DNA of 64,000 nucleotides from a candidate division FCPU426 bacterium (GCA_963738405.1 CAVTWJ010000002.1:128001-192000); one strand, 5' to 3'; positions 43,201 to 51,510 are shown, counted from the first letter of the stretch. The notes: generated by a model not told the origin, from the letters alone. Translations and numbers: made by a program.

Positions 43201-46150
43201 GCTTCACGGTGAAATTGGCCTGCACCTGGGAAACGGCGCTGGTGATGCCGAAATCTTCCGGCTGGAGGGTGACCGAGAAGCTGTCCCCCGTGCCCGAATA
43301 GTTGATGGGGCCCACCCAATCGGATTGCCCGTTATTGGTGTCGGTCACGAAGGCGTAGCTGGTGGAATTGACGCCCGTCGGACCGTTGGGGTTGATGTTG
43401 AGCAGGAAGGCCCGGCAGGCCCCGTTTCCGGAATCGGACGTGACGCAGGAGAGCGAGCTGGAAGCGATGGAATCGCCCGGGTATTCCAGGTTCAGGGAGC
43501 CGACCATCTTCGAATCCCAAACGGTGGTGCCGGTAGAATCATACAGGTCGGCCCGGAACTGCTGGCTCAAGGCGGGCGGGCCCTGGGTCACGCCCATGGC
43601 CTCCGCGGGGATGGTCCAGGTGAAATTGGTACAGGTATAGGTGACCGGCCCAAACATCGAGGAACTGCCGTTGGAAACGTTGGTGAGCTTCACCATGCTC
43701 ACCTGGGTGGCCGCGCAGGCGGGGGTGTAGGGGTAGATCGTGAAATTGAAGACCGAGCAATTCCCGTCCTCCAGGGTGGTGTTGCAGGCCAGGCTGGTGG
43801 TGTAGATATAGCCCGGAGGCGCCTCCAGGGAGATGGGCGAACCCGAAGGTGTAATCACTCCATAGGTCACGCCCTTGGTGGCGTCCAGAAGGATCACGCT
43901 CAAGTTGGCCGAGACCGGGCTGGAGGTGGAAGTGACCCCGAAGGATTCACCCGAGAGGTTGGCGGTGAAGGTGGTTCCCCCGCCGTTGTAGCCCCAGGGG
44001 CCGACGAAGGCGCTGGTACTGTTGGAGAGGTCCTTGACCAGCGCGTAGCTTTCGGAGTTGAACCCGGTGGGGCCGTTGGCGTTGATGGCCAGTTGAAAGA
44101 CCCTGCAGGCTCCGTCGCCCGCGTCGCTGTTGATACAGGAAACCGCTGCGGAAGAAAGGGAGGGTGTGTTAATAGGTGTGGAACTGGCCGTGGGCGAGGC
44201 GGTGGGGGTGGAGGTGGTTGTCGCCGTCTGGGTGGCCGTCAAGGTGGAGGTCGGGGTGACGGTCATCGTGGCCGTCAGGGTGGCGGTGGCCGTAACCGTA
44301 GAGGTGGAGGTCGCGAGGCTGGTGGCGGTGGCAGTCGGCGACAGGGTCACGGTTGAGGTCACCGTAAAGGTGGAGGTGTTGGAAGCGGTCGGCGTGACAG
44401 AGGGCGTAGCCGTGGGCGATAGGGTAAGGGTGGGGCTGTTCGTGACCGTAGGGGAAAGGGTGATGGTCGGGGTTGAGGTGGCGGTGAAGGTCGAAGTTGA
44501 AGTGGGCGTGTTCGTAATGGTAGGCGAAAGGGTGATGGTGGGGCTGTTCGTGACCGTCGGTGTCAGGGTGGCGGTGGAGGTGGCCGTGGGGGTGGGTGAA
44601 TCCGATCCGGTCGGTGTGGCGGTAGGTGTGCCCGTGGCCGTTGAAGTCGTCGTGGGCGTAGAGGTGGGAGTCGGCGAAAGGGTAATGGTTGGGGTGTTGG
44701 TGGCGGATGCGGACCCTGTCGGGGTGGAGGAGGCCGTAGGCGTTCCGGTGTTGGTGGGCGATGAAGTCACCGTGGGGGTATTGGTAATGGTAGGTGTGAG
44801 GGTGGCCGTTCCGGTGGAAGTGGGAGACGAGGTGATCGTGGGGCTGTTGGTTTTCGTCGGGGAAGAAGTAAACGTTCCCGTTGGTGTGGAAGTGGAAGTA
44901 AATAACGGCGTAGGCGTGCGGGTGGCTGTGGGCGTCGAGGTAAAGGTGGAAGTAGGGCTATTGGTAATCGTAAAGGTCGCGGTACTGGTGGGCGAAAGGG
45001 TGGGGGTTCCGGTATCCGTCCGGGTCGGCGATAAAGTGGGCGTGAAGCTGGGGGTGGGGCTGAAGGTTAGGGTCGGGGAAAGGGTGGGTGTTCCCGTGTT
45101 GGTGGGAGTGGGAGAAAGCGTAGGCGTGGGGGAGAAGGTGGCCGTGGGCGAGTCGGTGGGGGTAAAGGTGTTCGTGGGCACGTTGGTGGGGGATGGCTGA
45201 TGGGTGGGGCAAGTCCCCAGGTTGTCCTGGCTGGTGGGGTCAAAAGCGAAATCGCTGCCCATGTTCCAACGGTAAAAGAACAGGGGTCCGGTAGGCCCCG
45301 GCGGGATCAGGCCGAAGGGCTGGTTGGGATTCACGATTTGCAGCCAGGCGTAGCCGTTGGCGCCCGAAACCCCCAGGGAGACGCAATATACATCCCCCGT
45401 CTGAAGGGTGTTCGGGGAGGCTCCCGCCGCCAGCTTGGAAGCGGTGGAATTGGCCGAGAAAGTGGCGGGTACCGAATCGAAATTCACGATGGGGCCGTTG
45501 CCCATGTAGGCGATGCCGTTGGAACCCAGGGCGGTCAGGGCAAAACCGCCCCCCGACACGCCAATCTGCAGGTCCTGCGATGCCCCCGCGCTGGGGGAAA
45601 GGGCATCCGCTTGGAAGGTGAAATAGGCGTTTCCGCCGTACAAGGAGGTATCCACCACATAGCAGTTGCGGTTCACCGAACCCATGGTGACGGCGATGTC
45701 GCTCACTCCCCCGGCGTTGATGTCCGACAGGGCCGCGCCCATGGCCAGGGCCTGTTGGTTGGAGGGGTTGATCATCTCGAAGGACAAGAGCCTGGCGTTT
45801 CCCTGGGGCACGGCAATATCAAAATCCAGCTCGCCCGATCCCAGGGAAGAGGTCGCGATGGGCCCTGAATTTCCGGTCACCTGGGACATGTTGGGTCCCG
45901 TGATCGAATAAAGAACCTCGTTGGTCGTCACCCCAAGCAGGCTGGACTTGATTTGATTGGTGATGGGAATCGCGACGACGACATTGGCGCCCCGGATGGC
46001 CACCACGGGCATGGTGGGAGAAATTTTTCCTTGGCAGCCCCAAAGGATGGCCAAGCCCGTCAAACCCAGCCCCAACCCGATGAAGGGGATGATTGATTCC
46101 CTTCCCTTCCGGGGGCGCTTGGGCGCTCGGGGTCGGCGGGCCGGGCTCAC
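34289..46150 (-). CDS. Giant (3953 aa) repetitive surface lipoprotein
   Basis: Lipobox LWGC; long Thr/Pro/Ser linker; 14 tandem two-subdomain repeats of ~230 aa. Confidence 0.88.
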   Translation of the reverse strand: MSPARRPRAPKRPRKGRESIIPFIGLGLGLTGLAILWGCQGKISPTMPVVAIRGANVVVAIPITNQIKSSLLGVTTNEVLYSITGPNMSQVTGNSGPIATSSLGSGELDFDIAVPQGNARLLSFEMINPSNQQALAMGAALSDINAGGVSDIAVTMGSVNRNCYVVDTSLYGGNAYFTFQADALSPSAGASQDLQIGVSGGGFALTALGSNGIAYMGNGPIVNFDSVPATFSANSTASKLAAGASPNTLQTGDVYCVSLGVSGANGYAWLQIVNPNQPFGLIPPGPTGPLFFYRWNMGSDFAFDPTSQDNLGTCPTHQPSPTNVPTNTFTPTDSPTATFSPTPTLSPTPTNTGTPTLSPTLTFSPTPSFTPTLSPTRTDTGTPTLSPTSTATFTITNSPTSTFTSTPTATRTPTPLFTSTSTPTGTFTSSPTKTNSPTITSSPTSTGTATLTPTITNTPTVTSSPTNTGTPTASSTPTGSASATNTPTITLSPTPTSTPTTTSTATGTPTATPTGSDSPTPTATSTATLTPTVTNSPTITLSPTITNTPTSTSTFTATSTPTITLSPTVTNSPTLTLSPTATPSVTPTASNTSTFTVTSTVTLSPTATATSLATSTSTVTATATLTATMTVTPTSTLTATQTATTTSTPTASPTASSTPINTPSLSSAAVSCINSDAGDGACRVFQLAINANGPTGFNSESYALVKDLSNSTSAFVGPWGYNGGGTTFTANLSGESFGVTSTSSPVSANLSVILLDATKGVTYGVITPSGSPISLEAPPGYIYTTSLACNTTLEDGNCSVFNFTIYPYTPACAATQVSMVKLTNVSNGSSSMFGPVTYTCTNFTWTIPAEAMGVTQGPPALSQQFRADLYDSTGTTVWDSKMVGSLNLEYPGDSIASSSLSCVTSDSGNGACRAFLLNINPNGPTGVNSTSYAFVTDTNNGQSDWVGPINYSGTGDSFSVTLQPEDFGITSAVSQVQANFTVKLYNATENTILDTSIPSGSPLTLEGPSEYIYSHSFNCVTTAQDGACQYFTFNTTLNNPAASPVTTFVRLTDQTGPATLYLGPFVNNGPGNQAYAVTLDGELMGLTPGQTAPNHVFEETLTDPSGVTVLDDQNAGTFSYEYAANYLAGSTASCVLSDSGNGACQGFALTVDADGPAGVTSVGTALVTDTTNGQTMWIGPWNYVGNGYSYTVTLLGNDFGLTTNSAAVSTNLTVKLYDATETVLQDTDVPAGSPLTLEYPKEFINSNSFSCQTLAEDGNCALFTFNTGLDNPGSNPMTTQVVLTDQTRGVSVFLGPFVNNGGGNQAYAVTLNGAEFNLSAGQAAVGDSFLEQLYDASGVTLMDTRTAGTLSYEYPTDYLAGTSVTPFITDSGNGATRSFILNINANGPPGVNSISYALVTATKNSASTIVGPFTYTGTGSSYSVTLNGSYFGLTTNAAPITTGLNVKLYNAAQNLVLDSSTPSGSPLTLEAPAVYLYGPSYNTFGCQTTAQDGNCVYFTFNTDLYAPFSATTPVTTLVKLIDTNASPQPVTLTLGPFVNTNGSNQGHSVTLNAASFGLAPGQTAVNQTFQEQLLDAGGTTILDQQPAQNLSYEYPSPYLASASVSVLATDPGNGAVQRFVLRVSATGPTGEQSSNSAEIIDNQNSAATFVGPWTYTGSGYTYSVTLMGTSFGLTSNAAPVSTGFTVKLFDSTEAHWLDTITPTGAPITLEAPSEFIYGPGYNTFACLTAAEDGNCTEFTFNTDLDAPFSATTPVTTLVKLENLTSGVTLTLGPFVNNNGGNAGHAVTLNGASFGLSAGQTAVNQQFYEQLYDASGVTLLDQMPAQTFSYETPANYFGSASVSVLSTDPGNGAVQRFLLTVNTNGPPGLPSSNYAIVTDNTNSSTTQIGPWTYTGTGTLAVTMNGSNFGLITNAAPVSTSFTLKLYNPQNQWLDTITPTGAPISLEAPLEFIYGPGYNTFGCLTTAEDGNCTYFTYNTDLDAPFSATTPVTTLVKLIDSNALPLPVTLTLGPFVNNNGGNAAHAVTLNGASFGLTPGQTAMNQQFYEQLFDASGVTLLDQQPAQTFSYETPANYLASTSLSPIYFDSGTGAYQAIAMTINPNGPTGLQSISYADVIDTTNASTVWVGPITYVGSGDSYSVTLSTNDFNFTTASGPVSSNFIVKLYDETQVHWLDTSTPLGSPVTLEAPLGYIYSNSFSSLVMAEDGNAVTFNFNTTLDTPGASAVSFEYALVDQSIPATVFFGPVSNAQGNHAYAVTLNGASFGLSAGQEALNQQFTEQLYDASGVTLLGVSPVGTLSLENNNTTTADTLLGSGITPLLPGTGGSYQTFALSVTLGSSGAVTSTDWAYVTDLTDNKSVSVGPFTYSGPVTATFPVTLRASDFSITSTTPASKAFAVTLNSNTSPVTVLGTGIPTGSPISLVAPTQFLFRNSGYNDLSCQTVAEDGNCETFNFNYYVTSPSGASVTTYLQLVDLSASGGPVTVSAGAVTDTNGGSTSGTFSILAQQFGVTTPGQIALNQQFEELLYADSGGVTLLDTYPMGTLNLETPSPYLASSSISCVQTDLGDGACQQFLLTLNPMGPAGVNQTCYASVADLTNKTHTTVGPFTFNGTGPGYSVTLNGNQFSLNTAGAVTSASFAVTLLAANDTTVLNTSIPAGSPISFEAPEQFLLHNTNNEVTCLTQTGDGNCESFTFNYYLNGPSGPTVISYIKLVDLTASGGPITVNYGPVTDTNGGATSGSFTLLAQQFGVTTGGQIASNQQFQEYLYADSGGVTQLDTYPLGTLNLEAPSPYLASSSISCIQSDLGNGACQQFLLTLNPVGPAGVTKTCYASVADLTNNTHTTVGPFTFNGAGSASATLSGLNFSLNTAGAVTSASFAVTLLAENDSTVLNTSIPSGSPVSFEAPEQYLLHNTNNEVICLTTADDGNCEGFNFNYYLNSPSGPTVVSYLKLVDLTASGGPLTINYGPVTATNGGAISGSFLVLPKQLGMSTPGQIALNQVFEEYLYADAGGVTLLDSYPLGTLNLETPSPYLNTASVSCLVNDPATGACRSILLTLNPIGPAGVTRTVYANVYDLSNGHAALQEGPFTFTGTGSFPVTIRGTDFGLATANLPVSTAMAVTLYDQTKSHILDQAVPAGSPLTMEAPLQYFLNNGTFSPTSTGEDGNWQAFNYAPYVNAPGSATVTTMVKLIDLSNSTTVVFPPLVDTNGGGYNPSFPLLPAQFGVTAQAQIVTNQTFMAQLYDSSGVTLLDTVYPGTLNLEAPTLYLTGSSVTPLVTDTVNGAWQQVLLTLNVNAPAGNPKTSYAYVVDTSNNKNVWLGPWTYSGPSASLAATISGTTFSLTTAGLPVSTALAVTLYNDNETQPEGASVPTGSPMTLEAPLQYINSASFSCQTTAEDGNCEDFGLVAYLTSPGTTTVISRMKLIDLSNGVTVPFGPITDLNGGADDNTYYFTPQQFGVTMAGQTALSQNFALQLYDSTGVTLLDQKYPGTLNLENPSPFITSSALNCLTTDGGNGACQAFQLNLNTQGPAGVRETNYANVANSFNATITTIGPFSYTGTGSFSVTLSGKELGLSTASLPVSMQMAVTLYNSAQTKPLGVSFPAGGVPVTLETPPAYIDYTAFSNGTVAEDGNLNTFNFILYPYTPACATTQTSMIRLWDLTNGNSVTLGPVTYTCTSYSWTLTPAQFGVLPGGSALNQKFVAQLLDSTGTQVWDVQPVGTLNLEYPQDYMNSSAVNCLTTDGGNGSCQAFQLQINANAPAGVTQVSYAWVNNNSNNHGLYVGPFSYTGLGSSFTVTLSGYDLGLTTANNPAPAQLAVTLYNQAKSQVFSYGTPAGSPITLEEPPAFIDTASLASPATFLAEDGNSIGFNFTVYPYTPGCTTQTSMIRIVDVTNGNYVWLGPYTYTCSSFVIPVQATQFGLTPGQIAANQNFVAELYNSTGTAIWDTWQLGTFSIEGP
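44150..45200 (-). repeat. Thr/Pro/Ser low-complexity linker within the giant protein
   Basis: Repeated TxTxSPT / TNTPT units. Confidence 0.9.
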
Positions 46151-47361
46151 AGGTTCACCTCGTAATGGGTGCTGAAGGTCCAGTGGCTGTAATCAATATT
46201 GACCTGCCCGACGGAGGTATTGACGTTGTCCCAAACCACATAATCGTAGCCCGCGGAAACGCGAAGAGAAGAGCTGGAATCCAATTTCAGTCTCAGGGTG
46301 GGTTCCAGGCCCAACAGCCACCCTCCCCCGTCGTAATTGACGAAGTCGCTGGAGGGATAACCGTTCGCCAAAACATATTTCGCGCGGGCCGAAACCAAAA
46401 AATCGCCGAAGGCGTAGCTGGGATAAAAATAAAACCGGGGCGCGAGGGAGTTGTTGGGCTCGGTCGCCAGCTGGCTGGTGCCCGGTACGGCATTTTGGGT
46501 CGGGAGAAAATACTGCCCCCCCGCCTCAAAGGAAAAGGCCTTGGGGTTTTTCCAGGCGAAGGAAGCGTTCAGGTTGGGGCCCATTTCAAGAAGGTTGGAC
46601 CCGTCCAACTGGGTGGGCAGGAAATAAAAAGCCGAAAGGCGGATGATGTCGCTTTCGCCGTTGCCGTGGTCCGCCACGCGGTTGACGGAAAGAAAGGTGG
46701 AATCCCCCAGTTTCAACTGCACGGCGGGCACCCCTTCCCCGTAGCTGGGGTTGAAGGCCCCCGAATAGAGGTAGCCCACCGCCACCCCGTACTGCTCGCT
46801 TCCCGCCTGGAGGGAAACGCCGTAGAGAAAGCTCAAGCCAAAACCCCGCCCCCGGTAGTCGCTATCGATGAATTCGGTTGGGATGACGGAACCGGTTTGC
46901 TTGGTTTCCCAGGCCGGGTCGCCCGTGGGAAGGTTGATCCCGACGTTCAGCAGGGAGGGCAAGTTGAAACTCTCGAAACCCGTCTCCAACCCTATGACCG
47001 AGTCGGTGAGGTTGGTTAAGTTATCGGTCCCGGTTCCCGATTCGGCGCCCATGTAATTGCCGCTGGCGAATTGGGTTTGGCCGTAGATGCGGGCGTCTTT
47101 CCAAGGGATCACCGAAAGGGTGAGGGGTACCAGAAATTCCGAGCCGCCGGGTAAGGCATTGGAATCCCAACTGACATATTGGGCACCCAGATCGATCGAG
47201 CCCCAGAAAGCCTTGGCGGGGGCTTCAACGGGAGTGGCCGTAGGGGTTTGGGTGGTTTGGGCCAAAAGGGGTGAAAGAACCGCTTCCCCCAGAAAACATA
47301 CGGCGAAAAGGCCTATATATAAGAAGCGAAGCCGGGGGATGGGAGGCTTATAAGGGCTCAT
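46147..47361 (-). CDS. Probable outer-membrane beta-barrel protein
   Basis: Signal peptide; alternating aromatic/hydrophobic strands; GINLPTG; C-terminal THYEVNL. Confidence 0.7.
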   Translation of the reverse strand: MSPYKPPIPRLRFLYIGLFAVCFLGEAVLSPLLAQTTQTPTATPVEAPAKAFWGSIDLGAQYVSWDSNALPGGSEFLVPLTLSVIPWKDARIYGQTQFASGNYMGAESGTGTDNLTNLTDSVIGLETGFESFNLPSLLNVGINLPTGDPAWETKQTGSVIPTEFIDSDYRGRGFGLSFLYGVSLQAGSEQYGVAVGYLYSGAFNPSYGEGVPAVQLKLGDSTFLSVNRVADHGNGESDIIRLSAFYFLPTQLDGSNLLEMGPNLNASFAWKNPKAFSFEAGGQYFLPTQNAVPGTSQLATEPNNSLAPRFYFYPSYAFGDFLVSARAKYVLANGYPSSDFVNYDGGGWLLGLEPTLRLKLDSSSSLRVSAGYDYVVWDNVNTSVGQVNIDYSHWTFSTHYEVNL

Positions 47362-48392
47362 GGCGCCCCCTCACCCGTAGGTACGATCAATTGGATATGG
47401 ATGGTTTGCAGGGCGGAATTGAGGTTGTTGTCGCCGTTGACCACGATTCCGCCGAGGAATTGGCCGTTCAAGTCGCCCAGGGAACTATTGGGCTGGTAGC
47501 CGTTCCCGGTATCGCCTGAAGTGGGATTGGGTACCCCAGAACCGGTGTTATCTCCGCCAGTTCCGGTGCCGCCCGTACCCGAATTATCACCGCCCGGTCC
47601 GCTAGTTCCCCCGGTGTCGCTGGAACCTCCCGTGCCGGAAGATCCGCCGGTTCCGGTGCCACTGGAACCAGTGCCACTGGAACCAGTGCCGCCCTTGCTC
47701 CCCGGGGGCGGCGGAGGGGCGGTGCCGACCTTCCCGTCCCAAGTACCGTTTACGAAATGAGCGTGCTGGCCATAGGTAAATAATTGGGTGTTTCCCCCGG
47801 CGGTGGCGCCCACCTTCCCCTGGAAGACATCCAGGTTCAATTGGTGATTGTCCGGATTGTATCCCAGGGTAAAGGCCGTGCCCCGGACGCCGCAGATGAC
47901 CCCGCCCGCGTTAATTTCAAAGCTGGATTTGGAGGAAAGAAGCTTACTCACCTGGGCGAAAACCTTGCCCACGCCCAGGTCGAATAGGAAATTCTTGATC
48001 TTTGAGGAGGGCTGCTTCAGGTTCTCGATTTTTAATTTCGTGTTGGAGGAAAGACTTAAGGTGGACCCATCCGGCAGGGTCAGGTCGGTCTCTGATTTCG
48101 GCCCCACGACAACCGTTTCGCCGGGGAAGGCGGATTGGCCGCTCAAGACCCGGCGAGATTGCCCCCCGGGGTTCAACACATGCACCAACCCAATGACGGA
48201 AGTTAAGGTAGCTTGTTCATCCGTGCTTCCCCAACCCTGGGCGAGGGAACCCGACAAAAGATAAAGAGCTGAGAAAACGAGAGCCCTTAATGGACTCACG
48301 GGTTTCCAAACATAAAAAGTTCCTCTTAATACTTCAAATTGGGGAGGTGTGGGTTTTTGAAAAACCCCGATGGGTTCGGGACCGTTTCTCAA
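47358..48392 (-). CDS. FecR-domain protein with Gly/Ser/Thr-rich tail
   Basis: LPDGSTLSLSSNT, GVRGTAF, VFQGKV; start uncertain. Confidence 0.85.
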   Translation of the reverse strand: MRNGPEPIGVFQKPTPPQFEVLRGTFYVWKPVSPLRALVFSALYLLSGSLAQGWGSTDEQATLTSVIGLVHVLNPGGQSRRVLSGQSAFPGETVVVGPKSETDLTLPDGSTLSLSSNTKLKIENLKQPSSKIKNFLFDLGVGKVFAQVSKLLSSKSSFEINAGGVICGVRGTAFTLGYNPDNHQLNLDVFQGKVGATAGGNTQLFTYGQHAHFVNGTWDGKVGTAPPPPPGSKGGTGSSGTGSSGTGTGGSSGTGGSSDTGGTSGPGGDNSGTGGTGTGGDNTGSGVPNPTSGDTGNGYQPNSSLGDLNGQFLGGIVVNGDNNLNSALQTIHIQLIVPTGEGAP

Positions 48393-48478
48393 AAGTGGGC
48401 GGGGTTTAACTTTGATTGATTTCCGGTATCCGTGGATTCCTGAAATCGGGTTAGGTGTTCCTGGTTTAAATTAAACTT

Positions 48479-48715
48479 TTAGTGAACGGTGACACTGCGG
48501 CGATGGGTTTGGCCCGTGATGGGATTCTGTTTGGAACCCCTTTTACCCTTGGCGCTGGGCGTGGAGACAGCTAAGGGCGTGCCAATGACGGTTGGTTTAA
48601 TGGGATTTTCTCGACTGCCTAAAGGCGCCCCGTTAGAATTTGATTGGGCCCAGGTAACGGCCAAAGGAATGGCCGTAACTAAAAGGGCTGCTGCCAAGTA
48701 CCGATAACGAACCAT
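48479..48715 (-). CDS. Small secreted protein
   Basis: Signal peptide, two GS(R/K)xNPI units, GGAGG RBS. Confidence 0.65.
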   Translation of the reverse strand: MVRYRYLAAALLVTAIPLAVTWAQSNSNGAPLGSRENPIKPTVIGTPLAVSTPSAKGKRGSKQNPITGQTHRRSVTVH

Positions 48716-49085
48716 AAAGTCCTCCCCCGTGAGCCGGAAATTGATTTACATTTCCTAATCTCGACAAATGACAATAGCAAATAATTGGGTTTTTTTGATG
48801 GGGTTTTTAAAGAATTTACAGACGTTTCCAACGTTTTTGTAAACGCGTTCGGAGCCCCATTAACCTACTTTTAAGCCTTTCCGAACGAAACAAAGGGCAT
48901 TAATGACACATCAAGTAAACGCGGGGCGCATAGTCGGGCTACTGGACGTTGATGCTAACGGCGGCGAGGTTTCTGTTGTTTCCATAGAAAAGGCCTTTTG
49001 ATAAGCCGCCCCTATCGCCGCCTCATCATCGGCGAACAAGAGGGTGAAAAATGAATGGAACCACAATCACCTTAAAACACTTTTC

Positions 49086-50645
49086 TCAATGCCCCGCCGC
49101 GTTTTCAGGCGTTGGCGCTTTCGTTTTCTGAACCAAAGCGATCAGGATCACGCTGATAAAAAACATGACTCCAATGGCCATAAAGCAATCGCTGTAAGAC
49201 ATCACGAAGGCCTCCCGGTTGAGGGTGCTGAAAACCGAGGCCATGGCCTGGCTCAATCCCTCCCCCGGGGCTCGCAGGGCCAAAAGGCCCGCCCGGTGCG
49301 AAAGGCCCCCCTGGGCGGCCAGCGAGAAACGGCTGGTGGCCTCGGCCAGGCGGGTGAAATGCAGGTGGTAGCGGTTGTTCAAAAGCGCCCCTAAAAGCCC
49401 GATGCCGATGGAACCTCCCAGGTTTCGCATCATGTTAAAAAGCCCCGAGGCCGAACCCATCTCCCCCGGCTCCAATCCCCGGTAGGCCAGGTTCGACATG
49501 CAGGTGATGATGAGCGGCTGGCCCAGGGCCCGCACCACCTGCGACCAGAGAAACTGGTCGTAGCCCCAGTCTTTCGTCAGCCCGGCGTTCATAAAGGCGC
49601 TGATGCCGAACAAAACAAACCCCGCCCCCGCCAAAATGCGGTTATCGACCCTCTTCACCAGGGTCGGCAAAATGGGAATGACCAAAAGCTGGGGAAAGCC
49701 CGACCACATGATCACTTCCCCGATATGGATAGCGTCAAACCGCTCCACCTGGGCCAGGTACAGCGGCAGGATAAAGATGGAGCCGTAGATGCCGAAGCCG
49801 AAAGCCAGGGCCCCCAGGTTGACCAGCAAAAAGTTGGGGCGAAGCAGCAGCCGGATATTGATAAAGGGTTTGGGGTTTCGTATTTCCACCGCCAAAAAAG
49901 CCAAGGCCGAGGCCAAGAACAGAAGGGCCAGGGAAACAATCAAGTTGGACCCGAACCAGTCTTTGCGCACGCCTTCTTCCAGCACCACCGTCAGCGACCC
50001 CAGGGCCGTTCCCATAGAAAGAATTCCCCACCAATCCCCGTGGCTCAAAAGCTCCAGCTTCATATCGCTCTTTTCAACGCCGTAGCCGATCAACAGCATC
50101 AGCAGAAGCCCCGGCACCAGGTTGATGTAGAAAACCAGGGGCCAGGAAAAGTTCACCGTCAGCCATCCCCCCAGGGTGGGCCCCACGCAGGGGGCAAAGG
50201 TCGCGGCCAGGCTGAAGAGGGATAACCCCAAAGGCCTTTGGGCCGCCGGCAGGTAAGTCATCACGATCATGGCGCTTAAAGGAATCAGCGCCCCGCCCGA
50301 AAAGCCCTGAATCACCCGAAAAAGAATCATCTCGGGCAGGCTCTGGGCCGTCCCGCACAACATGGAAGCGGCGATAAAAACCGCCGCGCTTCCCAAAAGG
50401 TAGCGGCGCAACCCAAAAACCTGTGAAAGCCATCCGGTCAGGGGGATCACGATAATTTCAGCCACCAGGTAAGCCGTCGAAATCCAGGCCCCCTCGTCCA
50501 GGGTGGCGGAAAGCCCCCCCTGAATATCCTGCAGGGAGGCGTTGGTGATGGAGATATCCAAGATCGCCATAAAGGCCCCCAGGAGGGAGCCCGCCACCGC
50601 CACCCACTGGCGGGTCGAGGCCTTGTCGGGAGTTGGAGTGTTCAT
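49086..50645 (-). CDS. DHA2 family MFS efflux permease (EmrB/QacA-like)
   Basis: LDISITNASL, WISTAYL, GPTLGG, RNLGGSIG. Confidence 0.92.
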   Translation of the reverse strand: MNTPTPDKASTRQWVAVAGSLLGAFMAILDISITNASLQDIQGGLSATLDEGAWISTAYLVAEIIVIPLTGWLSQVFGLRRYLLGSAAVFIAASMLCGTAQSLPEMILFRVIQGFSGGALIPLSAMIVMTYLPAAQRPLGLSLFSLAATFAPCVGPTLGGWLTVNFSWPLVFYINLVPGLLLMLLIGYGVEKSDMKLELLSHGDWWGILSMGTALGSLTVVLEEGVRKDWFGSNLIVSLALLFLASALAFLAVEIRNPKPFINIRLLLRPNFLLVNLGALAFGFGIYGSIFILPLYLAQVERFDAIHIGEVIMWSGFPQLLVIPILPTLVKRVDNRILAGAGFVLFGISAFMNAGLTKDWGYDQFLWSQVVRALGQPLIITCMSNLAYRGLEPGEMGSASGLFNMMRNLGGSIGIGLLGALLNNRYHLHFTRLAEATSRFSLAAQGGLSHRAGLLALRAPGEGLSQAMASVFSTLNREAFVMSYSDCFMAIGVMFFISVILIALVQKTKAPTPENAAGH

Positions 50646-50652
50646 GGCCGCC

Positions 50653-51510
50653 TCAATTCACGATGATTTTGGCCTCAACCGACAGGCCTGGCACGATACG
50701 GTCTTCATAGCCCTGTATCGAATCCGCCAAAAAGCGCAGGCGCACCGGCACCCGCTGGACGATCTTGGTAAAGTTGCCCGTGGCGTTTTCCGGGGGGATC
50801 AAGGCGAAGGTCGATCCGGTACCGGGAGCGATGCTGTCCACCACCGCCTCAAACCGCTTCCCGCCGATGGAATCAATCGCCACCTCGGCCTTCTGGCCTG
50901 GACGTATTTTTCTGAGCTGGGTTTCTTTAAAGTTGGCGTCCACCCAGGGCGTGCCCGCGTCCACGAAGGCAAGCAACGGCTCGCCGGGGGCCACCACCAT
51001 GCCCGACTCCACGGCCTTCTTGCCGATGGTGCCGTCCGAAGGCGCGCGTAGCAGGGTGAACTGTAGGTTCAGCTCGCTTTGCTCGATCTGCGCCCTTAAG
51101 GAAGCCCACTGGTTTTCCAGTTCCTGCGCCTTGGCGTTGGCCTCGTCCCGAAACTGGGCGCTCACCGCCCCCTCGGCGAAAAGGTCCACCGCCCTCTTTT
51201 CGTCTTTCTTGGCGAGCGTCAGGCTCGCCTCCACCGACCTGAGCTGGGCTTCCTGCTGGTCCAGGGCGTTTTGGAAATCCCGGGGGTCGATGGCCACCAG
51301 TATCTGGCCCTTCTTGACCTTCTGGTTTTCTTCCACCAAAACCTGCGTCACCAGGCCCGGAACCTTGGTGGAAAGGGTGGCTACGTTGGCCCCCACATAG
51401 GCGTTGTCGGTGGATTCGCTTTTCCCTCCGAGAACCGCCAGAACTCCCAAGAGCAGCGCGGCCCCGATGCCGATCCCGAACCCCGTTTGTTTTTTCACTT
51501 TGTCCGTCAT
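50653..51510 (-). CDS. HlyD/EmrA membrane fusion protein
   Basis: STDNAYV, ANFKETQL, PPENATGNFTKIVQRVPV. Confidence 0.93.
   Translation of the reverse strand: MTDKVKKQTGFGIGIGAALLLGVLAVLGGKSESTDNAYVGANVATLSTKVPGLVTQVLVEENQKVKKGQILVAIDPRDFQNALDQQEAQLRSVEASLTLAKKDEKRAVDLFAEGAVSAQFRDEANAKAQELENQWASLRAQIEQSELNLQFTLLRAPSDGTIGKKAVESGMVVAPGEPLLAFVDAGTPWVDANFKETQLRKIRPGQKAEVAIDSIGGKRFEAVVDSIAPGTGSTFALIPPENATGNFTKIVQRVPVRLRFLADSIQGYEDRIVPGLSVEAKIIVN

Noticed and set aside
34376..44356. Many long plus-strand ORFs with repeated motifs
   Set aside because: Antisense shadows of the repetitive GC-rich gene on the minus strand
44130..45200. 356-aa Val/Gly-rich plus-strand ORF
   Set aside because: Antisense shadow of the Thr/Pro linker codons of the giant lipoprotein
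48905..48960. Possible c-di-GMP-I riboswitch (GGGCGCA...GGGCTA)
   Set aside because: Lacks the GNRA-capped P2 stem and is oriented away from the nearest downstream gene
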